From: Octopus sinensis
Taxonomy: Eukaryota
Assembly: GCF_006345805.1 (NCBI RefSeq)
Contig: NC_043012.1
Coordinates: forward strand, 8,618,001 to 8,682,000
Direction: 5' to 3'
Length of the DNA: 64,000 nucleotides
A program made the position numbers and the translations under genes. Shown in pieces: positions 53,500 through 64,000 of the stretch. Numbering within the stretch: the stretch's first letter is position 1; each line of letters starts with the position of its first letter. The notes beneath the pieces are model-generated. The model worked only from the letters and a program-made list of their open reading frames with translations, searched no databases and was not told the DNA's origin.

Positions 53500-53790
53500 A
53501 CATCATTCTTGAGTGCCATGAAAGTCTTAGACTACCAAACATCTCACTAAACCATTTCCAACTCACTCGTTCCTCCTTCTCTTCCTCTTATCAACTTTCT
53601 TGTCCCCACACTTCCTTCCTTGACCTACACTAATCAAGGTACCCAGTTCTTTCTTTCCAAAAACTCCCAGAAGATTTCCGGAATTCCCTCCCTGCTCACA
53701 TATTTCCTGCAGGCGTTGAATTACAAAGACTCGAGACAAACATTAAGGTATCGGTCCCACCAGTCTAGGAAGGTTTGAGAATGCTGTGGG
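53500..53790 (+). mobile_element. CR1/L2-type LINE 3' fragment
   Basis: SQFFFPKT..RNSLPAHIFPA, like FFPRTxRxWNSLP. Confidence 0.55.
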
Positions 53791-53829
53791 TACCTTGTAG
53801 CTATTGGCCCTTCCTTCAGACCCACTCTG

Positions 53830-54215
53830 TTAACACATGTGCATTCACACACACACACACACTCCTACTCTTACACAGATATACACACACCACACACACA
53901 AGCACATACTCATATATACACACAAAACACATTTACACTCAGTGATACATATACAAACACACACACATATGCATTCATACTCTCACACACACATACATTT
54001 ACATCACACACACACACAAGCACACTTACACTCAAACACATGTACACTTACTCACACACACACACGTACTGACCCTCTCTCTGTCTCTCACACACACAAC
54101 ACACAAATACATACACACTTATGTATATGAGTGTGTGTGTATTTACACACAAATACACACACACACACTCGACAGAACACAAACACATGCACTCTCTCTC
54201 TCTCTCACACACACA

Positions 54216-54251
<36 letters not shown>

Positions 54252-54271
54252 AATACATGTACACACACACA

Positions 54272-54303
<32 letters not shown>

Positions 54304-54320
54304 AAGAAACATATACAAAC
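53830..54320. repeat. Long imperfect (CA)n/(CT)n tract
   Basis: Direct reading; explains the His/Thr-rich ORFs here. Confidence 0.9.
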
Positions 54321-54353
54321 ACAAAATCTCTTCAAAGCGAATGGTCTACTTAC

Positions 54354-54501
54354 AGAGACTCGTCGCATGTCGAGCAGCCGGAGTTGTTGCATGTTGTAAA
54401 GGACATTTTGCCGATAACTGTGTTCAATGGCAATGGGGTTACCATCAAGGGAGACTTCTGACAAAGAACTAGACTCTGACAGACAGCTAATAGCACTGAA
54501 A
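54354..54501 (-). CDS. LRRC49: LRRC49 internal exon (LRR cap)
   Basis: FSAISCLSESSSLSEVSLDGNPIA...LRLLDMRRVS, 148 bp. An in-frame alternative acceptor 6 nt downstream is possible. Confidence 0.9.
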
Positions 54502-55030
54502 CTAAGCAGAAACAGACCAATTAAACACTGCGTTTGGTGGAAGTGCGTGGCTTAGTGGTTAGGGTGTTGGGCTCATGATCGTAAGGTTGTGGTTTCGATT
54601 CCTGGAATAGGCAATACGTTGTGTTCTTGAGCAAAACACTTCATTTCACGTTGCTCCAGTCCACTCATCAGGCAAAAGAGAGTAACCCTGTAACAGACCA
54701 GTGTTTGATCCAGGAGGGGAATAAACATGTCATGAAACCGGGAAACCAGCCCTTATGAGTTGGCACAACTCAAGAAGGTAACTTTACCTTTATACTGTCT
54801 TTGAATGATGGAGATAACCATAATACATTCTAACTCATTTGATACCAACCCACCTGAGACCACTCCTGTTTACGTGATGCAAATTTCCTGTTTTACTGTG
54901 ATCTTTAATTAAAACCGTCTGTAACAATTATAACGAAGTATATGATTGCGTCTGAGATTGAGTTCCATTAAGGAATCCGTACCATTCAGTTTCTCACCAC
55001 AGTTATAGTAACATGTCATGATATTACTAT

Positions 55031-55418
55031 GGATGGAAGCACTCCGTCGGTTACGACGACGAGGGTTCCGGTTGATCCGAATCAACGGAACAGCCTGCTC
55101 GTGAAATTAACGTGTAAGTGGCTGAGCACTCCACAGACACGTGTACCCTTAACGTAGTTCTCGAGGATATTCAGCGTGACACAGAGAGTGACAAGGCTGG
55201 CCCTTTGAAATACAGGTACAGCAGAAACAGGAAGTAAGAGTGAGAGAGAGTTGTGGCGAAAGAGTACAGCAGGAATCACCACCATCCCCTGCCAGAGCCT
55301 CGTGGAGCTTTTTAGGTGTTTTCGCTCAATAAACACTCACAACGCCCGGTCTGGGAATCGAAACCGCGATCCTATGACCGCGAGTCCACTGCCCTAACCA
55401 CTGGGCCATTGCGCCTCC
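55031..55418 (-). mobile_element. Young tRNA-derived SINE with 12-bp TSD
   Basis: TSD TGATATTACTAT at 55019-55030 and 55419-55430; CpG-rich. Related copy at about 57947-58268. Confidence 0.88.
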
Positions 55419-56075
55419 TGATATTACTATATACACAGTCTGAAATAATGTCATGATACAACCATGTATATTACAATGTCTGTAATAAAGTTATGACATC
55501 ACCATATCATAATGACTGTAATAAAGTTATGACATTACCAAATGTAATATAATGACTCAGACGAGATTATGACATCCCCATATACACTATAACAGCCACA
55601 ATAAGGTTTATGACACCTCCATATACTACAAATGCTGTAGTAAGATTAGATTAGTCTCTCTCTCTCTCTTATAAAATCAATTTGCCATATTCCTTTTCCA
55701 ATGAATACCTAAAACTAGATATGTCCAACCAGTGCCAGTATGGAAAACAAATGTTAAATGATGAGATATGACGGGGCCTCGTTTTTGTTGGTGAACCATC
55801 TACAATGATTGCTGCCAATAACAAATGAGAGACAGCTTTTTGTTTTGATTTTTTTATTTGGTGAATCTATAGGAAGGGGCAGAGCCCTATAACTTTATTT
55901 GATCCTTTCTGAGACTCATGAATTCTATGTTAGTAGTGTTCCGTGTAAATGGTAGCAGGTCAACAGCTGCAGGAGGAGGAGGGGGGCTCACCTGGGTTAC
56001 ATAAAAAGCATCAAAGAATTCCTTTGAAAGGAAACAACATCGTGTGTGTGTGTGTGTAAAAAGAAGTTGATTTAC

Positions 56076-56137
56076 CTGCAAATTTCGTTGAAGCTGAGAT
56101 AGAGGCGCTGAAGGGAAGGGAGACAATCGATGTCTAA
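56076..56137 (-). CDS. LRRC49: LRRC49 internal exon (LRR)
   Basis: LDIDCLPSLQRLYLSFNEIC, 62 bp. Confidence 0.88.
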
Positions 56138-56479
56138 CTAGAAAAGAAACCACAATGGTAAGCTGTTAAGAGTTGGTTTGGACTCAACCAAGAATTATTT
56201 CATGGATTTACAGAAAGAATTTTGGGTTTCATAAAAGAACTTTCTTCACAGTCAATCAATTAATCAAGAATTGTTAATTATCTCATGCAAATGAAATCAA
56301 AAAACTTAATTTTTTTGACAGTCCTTAACCCTTTAGCATTTAAACTGACCATATCTGGCCCAGATATTCTACCTATTTCACACTCAAACTGGTCAGATCT
56401 GACCTCTCACATCAACCCTACAATGTCATTCTAAAACTATACAATCATATCATTGAAATTTCAAAGCTATAAGATATTA

Positions 56480-56860
56480 CTAACAATAACTCTGAGCACC
56501 TTTTCAAACTCCACCTGTCTAACATCCGTGGACATGTTTACAAAGTCAGAAAACAGCACAGCTCCCATGACTTTCGGAAACATTTTTTCACGCTGAGAGT
56601 TGCTGAAGCATGGAACAAATTGCCAGCATCAGTTGTTAGTTGTTGGAGCACTGCATCCTCCAAAACTTCCATGCTTCCTGAGATTCGCCAACACTACACC
56701 TGATTTTCTTCCCTCCATACACACGCAAGCATGTATCTGACTCATACACTGTTCACTTCCCAGACATTTGTACATTACTGCATACACTTTATACGAACTT
56801 TCTGACAAGTTGTGGTGCACCTGAGCACTGTATACAATAATTTCATTATTATTATTATTT
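56480..56860 (+). mobile_element. CR1-type LINE 3' end with (ATT)n tail
   Basis: NIRGHVYKVRKQHSSHDFRKHFFTLRVAEAWNKLP. Confidence 0.8.
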
Positions 56861-56903
56861 AAAGTATGTGTAGCATAACTGATATCCTCACTGTTTGAGA
56901 GAC

Positions 56904-57300
56904 ATATTAAAAATGATCTCGTGTTAGATAACAACCATCTTTGGCTAGTTTGACCCTGTTGTGTCCACTGCTCTGATTGGTTGGCATTTGGCACAGTTTG
57001 ATTTTTGACTTAATTCACGCCAGTGTGTAAGCCAACCAATCATGGCCTTCGGATAAGGTCTACTTCATTTGAGCCACCTTAACCCTATAAAAAGGCGAGA
57101 TCGACAGACTATTATTCGTCTTTGGCTCTAGACCTTCTAAGGTCTAGTCACTGACCACTGAGCATTCAACCATGTTCCAGCAACACCGGTCTTAGGTTCC
57201 AGTCCCTTTCAGGACTAACCTCTGACCACCGAGTGACTCAGCCATGTTCCAGTTCTAGTGACAGATGACTAGTCAGCCAACCATGTTCCTGATCCAGCCA
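56904..57300 (+). repeat. LTR-like element with CCAAT and TATA motifs; diverged inverted homologue at 52990-53320
   Basis: Shared blocks ATGATCTCGT, TTGTGTCCACT, CTGATTGGTT, CCAATCA.GGCCTT, TTTGAGCCACC, TATA and TTCGTCTTTGG. Confidence 0.55.
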
Positions 57301-58494
57301 TGATGATGCTAATATACACCAGCAGTGTAGGATGTCTCCACCACCGTCGTCATTGCCACTGCCAACTCCTTATGTACGGTCGTATTCCCTACATGTGATT
57401 AAACAACATGAATAAAGAAACATTATATTTAGCAGAATAATCTGAATGCTAAAGGGTTAATATAAAGACATTGATCTCTTCGATACAAACATACTAGAAG
57501 TGTAGGTCAGTTTGCTCAGAGGTGAAGATCAGTGTTGCTGTGATATTGTGTTGGTTCAATGGTCTTGTAGCTAGGGTTTGAACCTTTACCACTTGATACT
57601 CGGTTAGAGACCACAAGTGAGCCACCACAGTTTCACATGATTGATCTATAAATCACCCAATCAGTCTAAAATTGTCATCTACAAAAACTGTCTCATTGCT
57701 TTGGCTCATCGCAAAATGTTGATTTGCATGCTTCATCTCTTGCCAGACAACTTGAGACATTTGAACGGAGAACTCCAGGTGCTTGGACAGACCCATTCTT
57801 AAACATTCACACAATGTCTCATAAGTAACTAGATAGCAGATCTTCTAGGAACTTTTCCTGAGATCCCACTATTTCTATGGCTATTTGAACCCTGGCGACA
57901 AATACATTAACCTTTTATCGTTCAGATTTTTCTATCAAATATAGGAGCACTCTGTTAGTTACGACGACGAGGGTCCCAGCTGATACGATCAACGGAACAG
58001 CTTGCTTGTGAAATTAACGTGCAAGTCACTGAGCAATCCACAGACACGTGTATCCCTAATGAAATTTTCAGGGAGATTCAATGTGACACAGAGTGTGACA
58101 AGGCCGGCCCTTTGAAATACAGGTACAACTCATTTTTGCCAGCTGAGTGGACTGGAGCAACGTGAAATAAAGTGTCTTGCTCAAGGACACAACGCGTTGC
58201 TGGGAATTGAACTCATGACCTTACAATTGTGAGCCGATTGCCCTAACCACTAAACCATGTGCCTTCACAAATATAATACTTATTTATTCTCATTCATTTG
58301 AATTCGTCATGCATTATCTTGTAGCTTTGAGATTTTGATGATGTGAACATTGATTTTTTTAGAATGACAGTAGGGTAGGTGTGAGAGGCTGGATCTGGCC
58401 AGTTTGGCTGGGTGTGGCCAGTTTGAATGTTAAAAGGTTAAACAACAATAACAACCAGAACAACAGCAATATATTATTTTGAAATGTCCCTTAC

Positions 58495-58638
58495 AACACT
58501 CTGTATACGATTGCGCCTGAGATTAAGTTCCATTAAGGAATCCATACCATTCAGGTTCTCGACATGTTTAAATAAATTCCCAGCCAAATTCAAGACACGT
58601 AGTTCTGACAAATGGTTCAGATTCGTAATCTCAGAAAT
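58495..58638 (-). CDS. LRRC49: LRRC49 internal exon (LRR)
   Basis: ISEITNLNHLSELRVLNLAGNLFKHVENLNGMDSLMELNLRRNRIQSV, 144 bp. Confidence 0.93.
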
Positions 58639-59209
58639 CTGAAGAGATAGAAGGAAAAATAAAATTAAAAGTATAAAAAAATAAAACAAAGGAAGAAAGA
58701 TAATTAGCAAAGAATTTTGAAAATTAAATCATGTTCTACTAAATATTCAGACAATGCCTAGATGCAGGTTTGAACTCAGCACCCACTGCTCAGTAATCTG
58801 TAAGTGGAGGAGCTAAAAACTAATTACATAATCACAGTAAAGCTATCTGGTCAGTCAAATTCTCCTTTTTTTCTTTTGGTATTAAAGATTGTTTTAATTA
58901 ACAACATATTTTTACTGGAAGAAAAGAAATATAAAAAAAAAAAATTTGAAGTATAAAAGATGAAATTATCAAAAAAAAAACAAACCCAAACCTACCTGAA
59001 AAGAAAAAAAAGTAAAAAAAAAAGGAGAGGGGTCAGTGGAATTAAGCATCAGAAGATGGGGGAGAAGGAGTAATCGGTTGTACACACCAGAACAAATTAC
59101 ATGTTTAACCATGTCTCGTAGACATGATTTCATGCTCAACTATTCTCCATCTCACTGGCCAAATGCCCATGATACAGTCTTCTTTTGATTCTTCAAAGTG
59201 GAATAGTTA

Positions 59210-59550
59210 AATGACAGTTTCTGTCTTCTTTATACAAGTCTTTGCATTTTTATTGAACTCTGCCAGATCTTCTAAGCTGCATGAGTTGGGTAGCAGAAGA
59301 AAGACAAGGCATTGCTCTTTAGAATGGTCAGCTTCTCCACATTCACAGGTGGCTGGGCCAGTCTTGTGGTCCCATCTGACCAAAGCAGCTTTTGATCTTT
59401 CCATTCTCATTCTCAAGTAGTTAAGTGGCTGCCAAGGAATCCATGGTGCTTCTGAACCAGGATAGGGACCTCCAGTAGGGGGAAATTCCAATGTTAAATG
59501 GAGGAAGATTGCTCTTAAGCTTTTCTTTCCAGAGCAGGGTAACACAACAT
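59210..59550 (-). mobile_element. Non-LTR retrotransposon C-terminal fragment
   Basis: WQPLNYLR...W....TCECGE...CSLEDLAEFN zinc-knuckle-like tail. Confidence 0.65.
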
Positions 59551-59724
59551 CCATGAATCTGTGAAGGTGTGTAGTCTAATGGTTAAGGTGCTCAGCTCAT
59601 GATTATAGAGGCTGTGGGTTCAATTCCTGGATGTGAGGAGAAGGACACTTGTGTCCTTGAGCAATACCTTCATTTAGTGTTGCTCCAATCTACTCATCGG
59701 TAATTAAGTGCTGAAAGCCCATGT

Positions 59725-60252
59725 CCAGTTAGTTCACTGTCATCAATTCACCACAGGAAAAGGTCACCGTCATCAATTCACCATTTTGTCTTCAGTAAAA
59801 TATTTTTTAACTATTATTAATGATGAGATGTGGAGGCACATGGCCTAGTGGTTAGAGCAGCGGAATCGTGGTCGAGGGATCACGGGTTCGAATCTCAGAT
59901 TGAGTGATGTGTGTGTTTATGAGTGAAACACCTAAGCTCCATGCAACTCCGGCAGAAGGTAATGGCGAACTTCTGCTGATTCTTTCGCCACAACTTTCTC
60001 TCACTCTTTCCTCCTGCATCTTTCAGTTCCCCTGCGACAGACCGGCGTCCCATCCAGGTGGGGAACTGATGTGCCAAGGAAACTGGGAAACCAGCCCTTA
60101 TGAGCCAGGCATGGCTCAAGAAGAAATAAACAATGGCGAGATACTATGGATATATTTTCTCGGTAAACTTTCCTTGCAGTGAACTTTCTTCACAGTGAAT
60201 TGATGGCAGTGAATGTTTCCTGTGGTGAATTGGTGGCGGTGAACTTACCAGT
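59725..60252. mobile_element. Inverted-repeat element (MITE-like) with a nested SINE
   Basis: TCAATTCACCACAGGAAA-containing arms in inverted orientation flank the SINE at 59831-60128. Confidence 0.5.
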
Positions 60253-61078
60253 AATCCTGAAAGCCAGTAAAGCCTTTTCTCCCTCCAGCAGTCTCAACCT
60301 GGATATTCTGCTGGGTCAAAGGAGAGGAACATAAGAGTATGTTTATATTTCCTTGTGATTACACAAGGAGCTAAAACAATTAGCAAAAGCAGGGGACATA
60401 TTGCCAAGTCAAACTCACTTGATATACATATAATGGTCAGTTTGGGGCTGTAGTAGAAGATACTGTCCAGGGTAGCACAGTGTGGGATCAAACCCAAAAC
60501 CACATGGTAAAGGAGTTTGCTTTCCAACATGGTGTTTTGGATTCAGTCTTACTGCAGGGCAAGTTAGGTAAATGTGCTCAGCTATAATCTAGGGTCAAGC
60601 AATGTCTTACAAGTGGATTTATAGATGGAAACTGTGCAGAAGCCTATCAGTGCAGGTGTATGTGTGAGTGTGTGTGTACATATGTATATGTGGCGGTGGG
60701 GTGGGGGCTTTGTTTTCTTTTGCCCTTTAAAGCTTGACGACCAGGACTGGTTTGTTTATGTCCCCATGACTTGGTGATTCAGCATAATGAATCAAATAGA
60801 ATAACTACCAGACTTTAACTAAATACTGGGGCAAAACAAAAACAAAAAAAAAGCATTCAAAGCAGTGACCTTGGATAGCTTCAGTCCAAAAGAAAAATAG
60901 CAGAACAAAAATAATAAATGGACACACACACACACACACGTAGATAGACAGATAGACTGTTATGTATAAGCAGTCTATCAAAGATCACTCTGAAAATAAA
61001 AAAAAAAGACAATTACTAAGAACTAAGAAGTGTTACATGTTTAGAGAGGGTAAAAATTAAGAATTTATCCATTCTTAC

Positions 61079-61145
61079 CTGATTATTATGTAAATCAAGA
61101 ACATCAAGTTTTGGCAAAGAATCAAGATTTTGTATCTTTTTTATT
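61079..61145 (-). CDS. LRRC49: LRRC49 internal exon (LRR)
   Basis: IKKIQNLDSLPKLDVLDLHNNQ, 67 bp. Confidence 0.9.
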
Positions 61146-61312
61146 CTAAAAGAGAAACAAAAAGTCAAAAAAGCAAGTTTCGAGAATATTCCAGTAAAAT
61201 TACAGATTGTTAACTCCTTCCCATAATCTTTTCCACCATCACCCTCCTCCCAAACCCCTCTCAGCCACTGCCACCACTGTCACCACTGCCTGTATTTAAG
61301 TAAGTTTCTCAC

Positions 61313-61516
61313 CTATTTTTACCCAGCATCAATACCCTCAGTGATTTCAGGTAGCACAGACCATCAATCTCTTCGATTTGGTTGTCGTAAAAATCCAGAA
61401 AAATCAATTTGTTCAGGTAATTAACGTGTTCGATTTTCTTGATTAGGTTGTGTTGATAGTTTAACAACCTCAAGGGTTCTTCTCCCTCCAATATCGGACA
61501 CACTGTGAATCGGCGC
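61313..61516 (-). CDS. LRRC49: LRRC49 internal exon (LRR)
   Basis: RRFTVCPILEGEEPLRLLNYQHN...LDFYDNQIEEIDGL...LRVLMLGKN, 204 bp. Confidence 0.93.
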
Positions 61517-61577
61517 CTGAAATAGAACATATTGCTTTGGTAAGAAACAGAGAGACAGACGCACACACACACACACA

Positions 61578-62438
61578 CAGATACATGCACAACCCGAAAA
61601 TTGCAGAAAGCCTCAACCTATCAAAATCTGTCATTCATGAGCACCTGGTAAAGCTTGGGTACACAAATCACTACGATGTTTGGGTACCACATGAGTTGAG
61701 TGAGAAGAACCTTTTGGATCACATTTTCATCTGTGATTCACTTTATAAACGGAATGAAAACGCGCCTTTTTTAAAGCAAATTGTGACAGGTGATGAGAAA
61801 TGGATTATCTACTGAAATGTTCAGAGAAAGTGATCCTGGAGTAAGCAACATGAGCCATCCTTAGCCACCCCAAAAGTGGGTCTTCACCCTAAAAAAGTCT
61901 TGCTTTGTGTCTGGTGGGATTGGAAAGGAATTCTGTACTACGAGCTTCTCCCAAGTAACCAGACAATTAATTCTGAGAAATACTGCACACAACTGGACGA
62001 GTTAAAAGCAGCAATTCAAGGGAAACGTCCAGTATTGGCCAACAGGAAGGGTGTTGTTTTCCAACATTATAATGCAAGACTGCATGTTTCTTTGGGAACC
62101 AGACAAAAATTACTGCAGCTCGGCTGGGATGTGTTACCCCACCTCCATATTCACCAGATATTGCTCCTTCAGATTCCCACTTATTCAGGTCTCTGCAGAA
62201 TAGTCTTAATAGTAAAAATTTCAATTCCTTGGATGACATAAAAAGATACCTTGATGAATTCTTTGCCATTAAACCACCTCAATTCTGGGAAGAGGGTATT
62301 TTCAAGTTAAAGGAAAGATGGAGACGCATTGTGCAACAAAATGGTTCATATATGGTTGATTAAAAATGTGATGGCAAGTACTTATTGACCTTTTTCTTTC
62401 CTTTAAAAATTGGCATGAACTTTCTGGACAACCCAATA
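61578..62438 (+). pseudogene. Decayed mariner transposase (5'-truncated) with right TIR
   Basis: WVPHEL, TGDEKW and YSPDIAPSD motifs; HDNA mutated to HYNA; in-frame stops and a frameshift; TIR ...CTTTCTGGACAACCCAATA. Confidence 0.92.
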
Positions 62439-62511
62439 CTAAAAACTATGTCATAGGATTATATGAACCACAACAATAAACAGACAGACTGGATGTCTCC
62501 ATTACTCTTAC

Positions 62512-62617
62512 CTGTCTAGATTCAACCTATCTGGGTTGATGGATTTTTCCTCAGCTGTTCTATAGAGCACTGGTACCCCTGGTGAGATAGGGTTCTCCAT
62601 GGATAGAACTCGGTCCC
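62512..62617 (-). CDS. LRRC49: LRRC49, most 5' exon visible in the window
   Basis: DRVLSMENPISPGVPVLYRTAEEKSINPDRLNLD, resembling human ..PILQRSSEEKILYSDRLSLE; 106 bp. Upstream exons lie beyond the window. Confidence 0.85.
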
Positions 62618-63113
62618 CTTGCAGTCAAGAACAACAAAGTAAAACAATAACAACAATCACAAAGATTAGTTTTCAGATTTAAAGTTCAGGTTTACGTTCA
62701 TCTTACCAATGCAAAATGGGTAGTATACGTTTGTAAATTCATATATATCATTATCATCATCATTTAATATCCATTTGCCATGCTGGCATGGATTGGACAG
62801 TCTGACAGGAGCCAGTAAGGCTGGGAGCCACACCAGGCTCCACTGTCTGCTCGACATGGTTGCTATGGCTGGATGCCCTTCCTTGTGCCAGCCACTTTAC
62901 AGAGTGTATTGGGTGCTTTTTATGTGGTACCAGCACTGACAGGGTCACCAAATAACTTGCAATACAAAGACCCTGTCAGCTGAGAGGAGGGAGTAGTAGA
63001 GAGTGAGGGGGAGTGCTTGGTGACAGTCGATTAGAGGTTTAGAGGGACAGGGATAGATGTCATAGAGACATATATCATCGTTTAACGTCCGTTTTCCATG
63101 CTATCATGGGTTG

Positions 63114-63144
<31 letters not shown>

Positions 63145-63424
63145 GCATGCATACATACATAAATCCTTTCTATAATAGGCACAAGGTCTGAAATTTGGGG
63201 GGTGGGAGCTAGTCGATTAGATTGACCTTAGAACACAACTGGTATTTAATTTATCGATCCCGAAAGAATGAAGGGCAAAACTGACCTTGGTGGAATTTGA
63301 ACTCAGAACGTACAGACAAACCAAATGCCACTAAGCATTTTGCCAGCCATGCTAATGATTCTGCCAGCATACATACATGAACAGACACACACACACACAC
63401 ACACACGTATATATTTAATGTAAT

Positions 63425-63600
63425 CTGCATAAAAATTTCTCGTGTTTCTCCTTCTGTCATGGAGCTGGCTATTCAGAAGGACTTTTGAAATTCTGTTGTC
63501 ACTCATTCTGACAACATGGCAAAGCCATCTTAATTGGGATTGCAAAAGAAAGGATTCAATACCACCAATTTCACATTAAGAGATAAGTTGGTATTCAAAA
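63425..63600 (-). mobile_element. RTE-clade LINE fragment
   Basis: QSQLRWLCHVVRMSDNRISKVLLNSQL. Confidence 0.7.
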
Positions 63601-64000
63601 TTCTGTCATTCAGTCTGTCTCTGCAAATTGTCCAAAGACATCAATTATGACAGATATCATGTATGTGTGTGTGTGCCTGCGTGTTTGTGTATATACACAC
63701 ACATGCATGTGGCTGGAAAGCAAACGTCTTAACCACACATCCACACATGCTTATATAAACTTCTGTCAACTTGCGTTCAGAAGCAATGATGGATGTATCA
63801 CAAATTCCATTAATTATAAAATTCATTTGACATTATTCCCATTGTTCCAGATCTTTTAAAACAAATCTCTGTATATATAAACAGCAAAATGTCTGTCTGT
63901 GTGTGTGTATCCTTTATACAAATCCACAATTTTTCAGTTAGAGGGTTCGCACTTTCTATGGTCATTCAAAACCGTCCAAGGGTGGTCGTGCACATCTTTA

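Overview
Eukaryotic, AT-rich, microsatellite- and SINE-dense genomic DNA. The repeat landscape and gene content suggest an octopus/cephalopod genome (inference). Three spliced protein-coding genes can be reconstructed by hand with consistent GT-AG sites and phases. (1) A TSPAN3-like tetraspanin on the minus strand: exon 1 at 28936-28995, a 27.5-kb first intron, exon 2 at 1264-1455, continuing off the left edge. (2) A complete mitochondrial ATP synthase F1 alpha gene (ATP5F1A) on the plus strand: 10 exons, 29492-39742, 551 aa, head-to-head with the tetraspanin across a 496-bp ATG-to-ATG gap. (3) LRRC49 on the minus strand: 13 homology-supported exons plus one candidate cassette exon, 41814-62617, with its 5' end beyond the right edge, tail-to-tail with ATP5F1A. 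Introns carry tRNA-headed SINEs, a (GAT)n-tailed VNTR-containing repeat, piggyBac-, hAT- and Mutator-type MITEs, decayed mariner, hAT, CR1 and RTE fragments, and many microsatellites. Most ORFs in the supplied track are repeat artefacts. The strongest leads are a tRNA-headed SINE carrying a Penelope-type minimal hammerhead ribozyme fold arranged as a foldback pair, a near-perfect 135-bp inverted duplication, a candidate Ser/Thr-repeat cassette exon in LRRC49, and a bidirectional promoter with a ZNF143/Staf-like site. All alignments were by eye and all homology calls are from remembered sequences; no searches were run.
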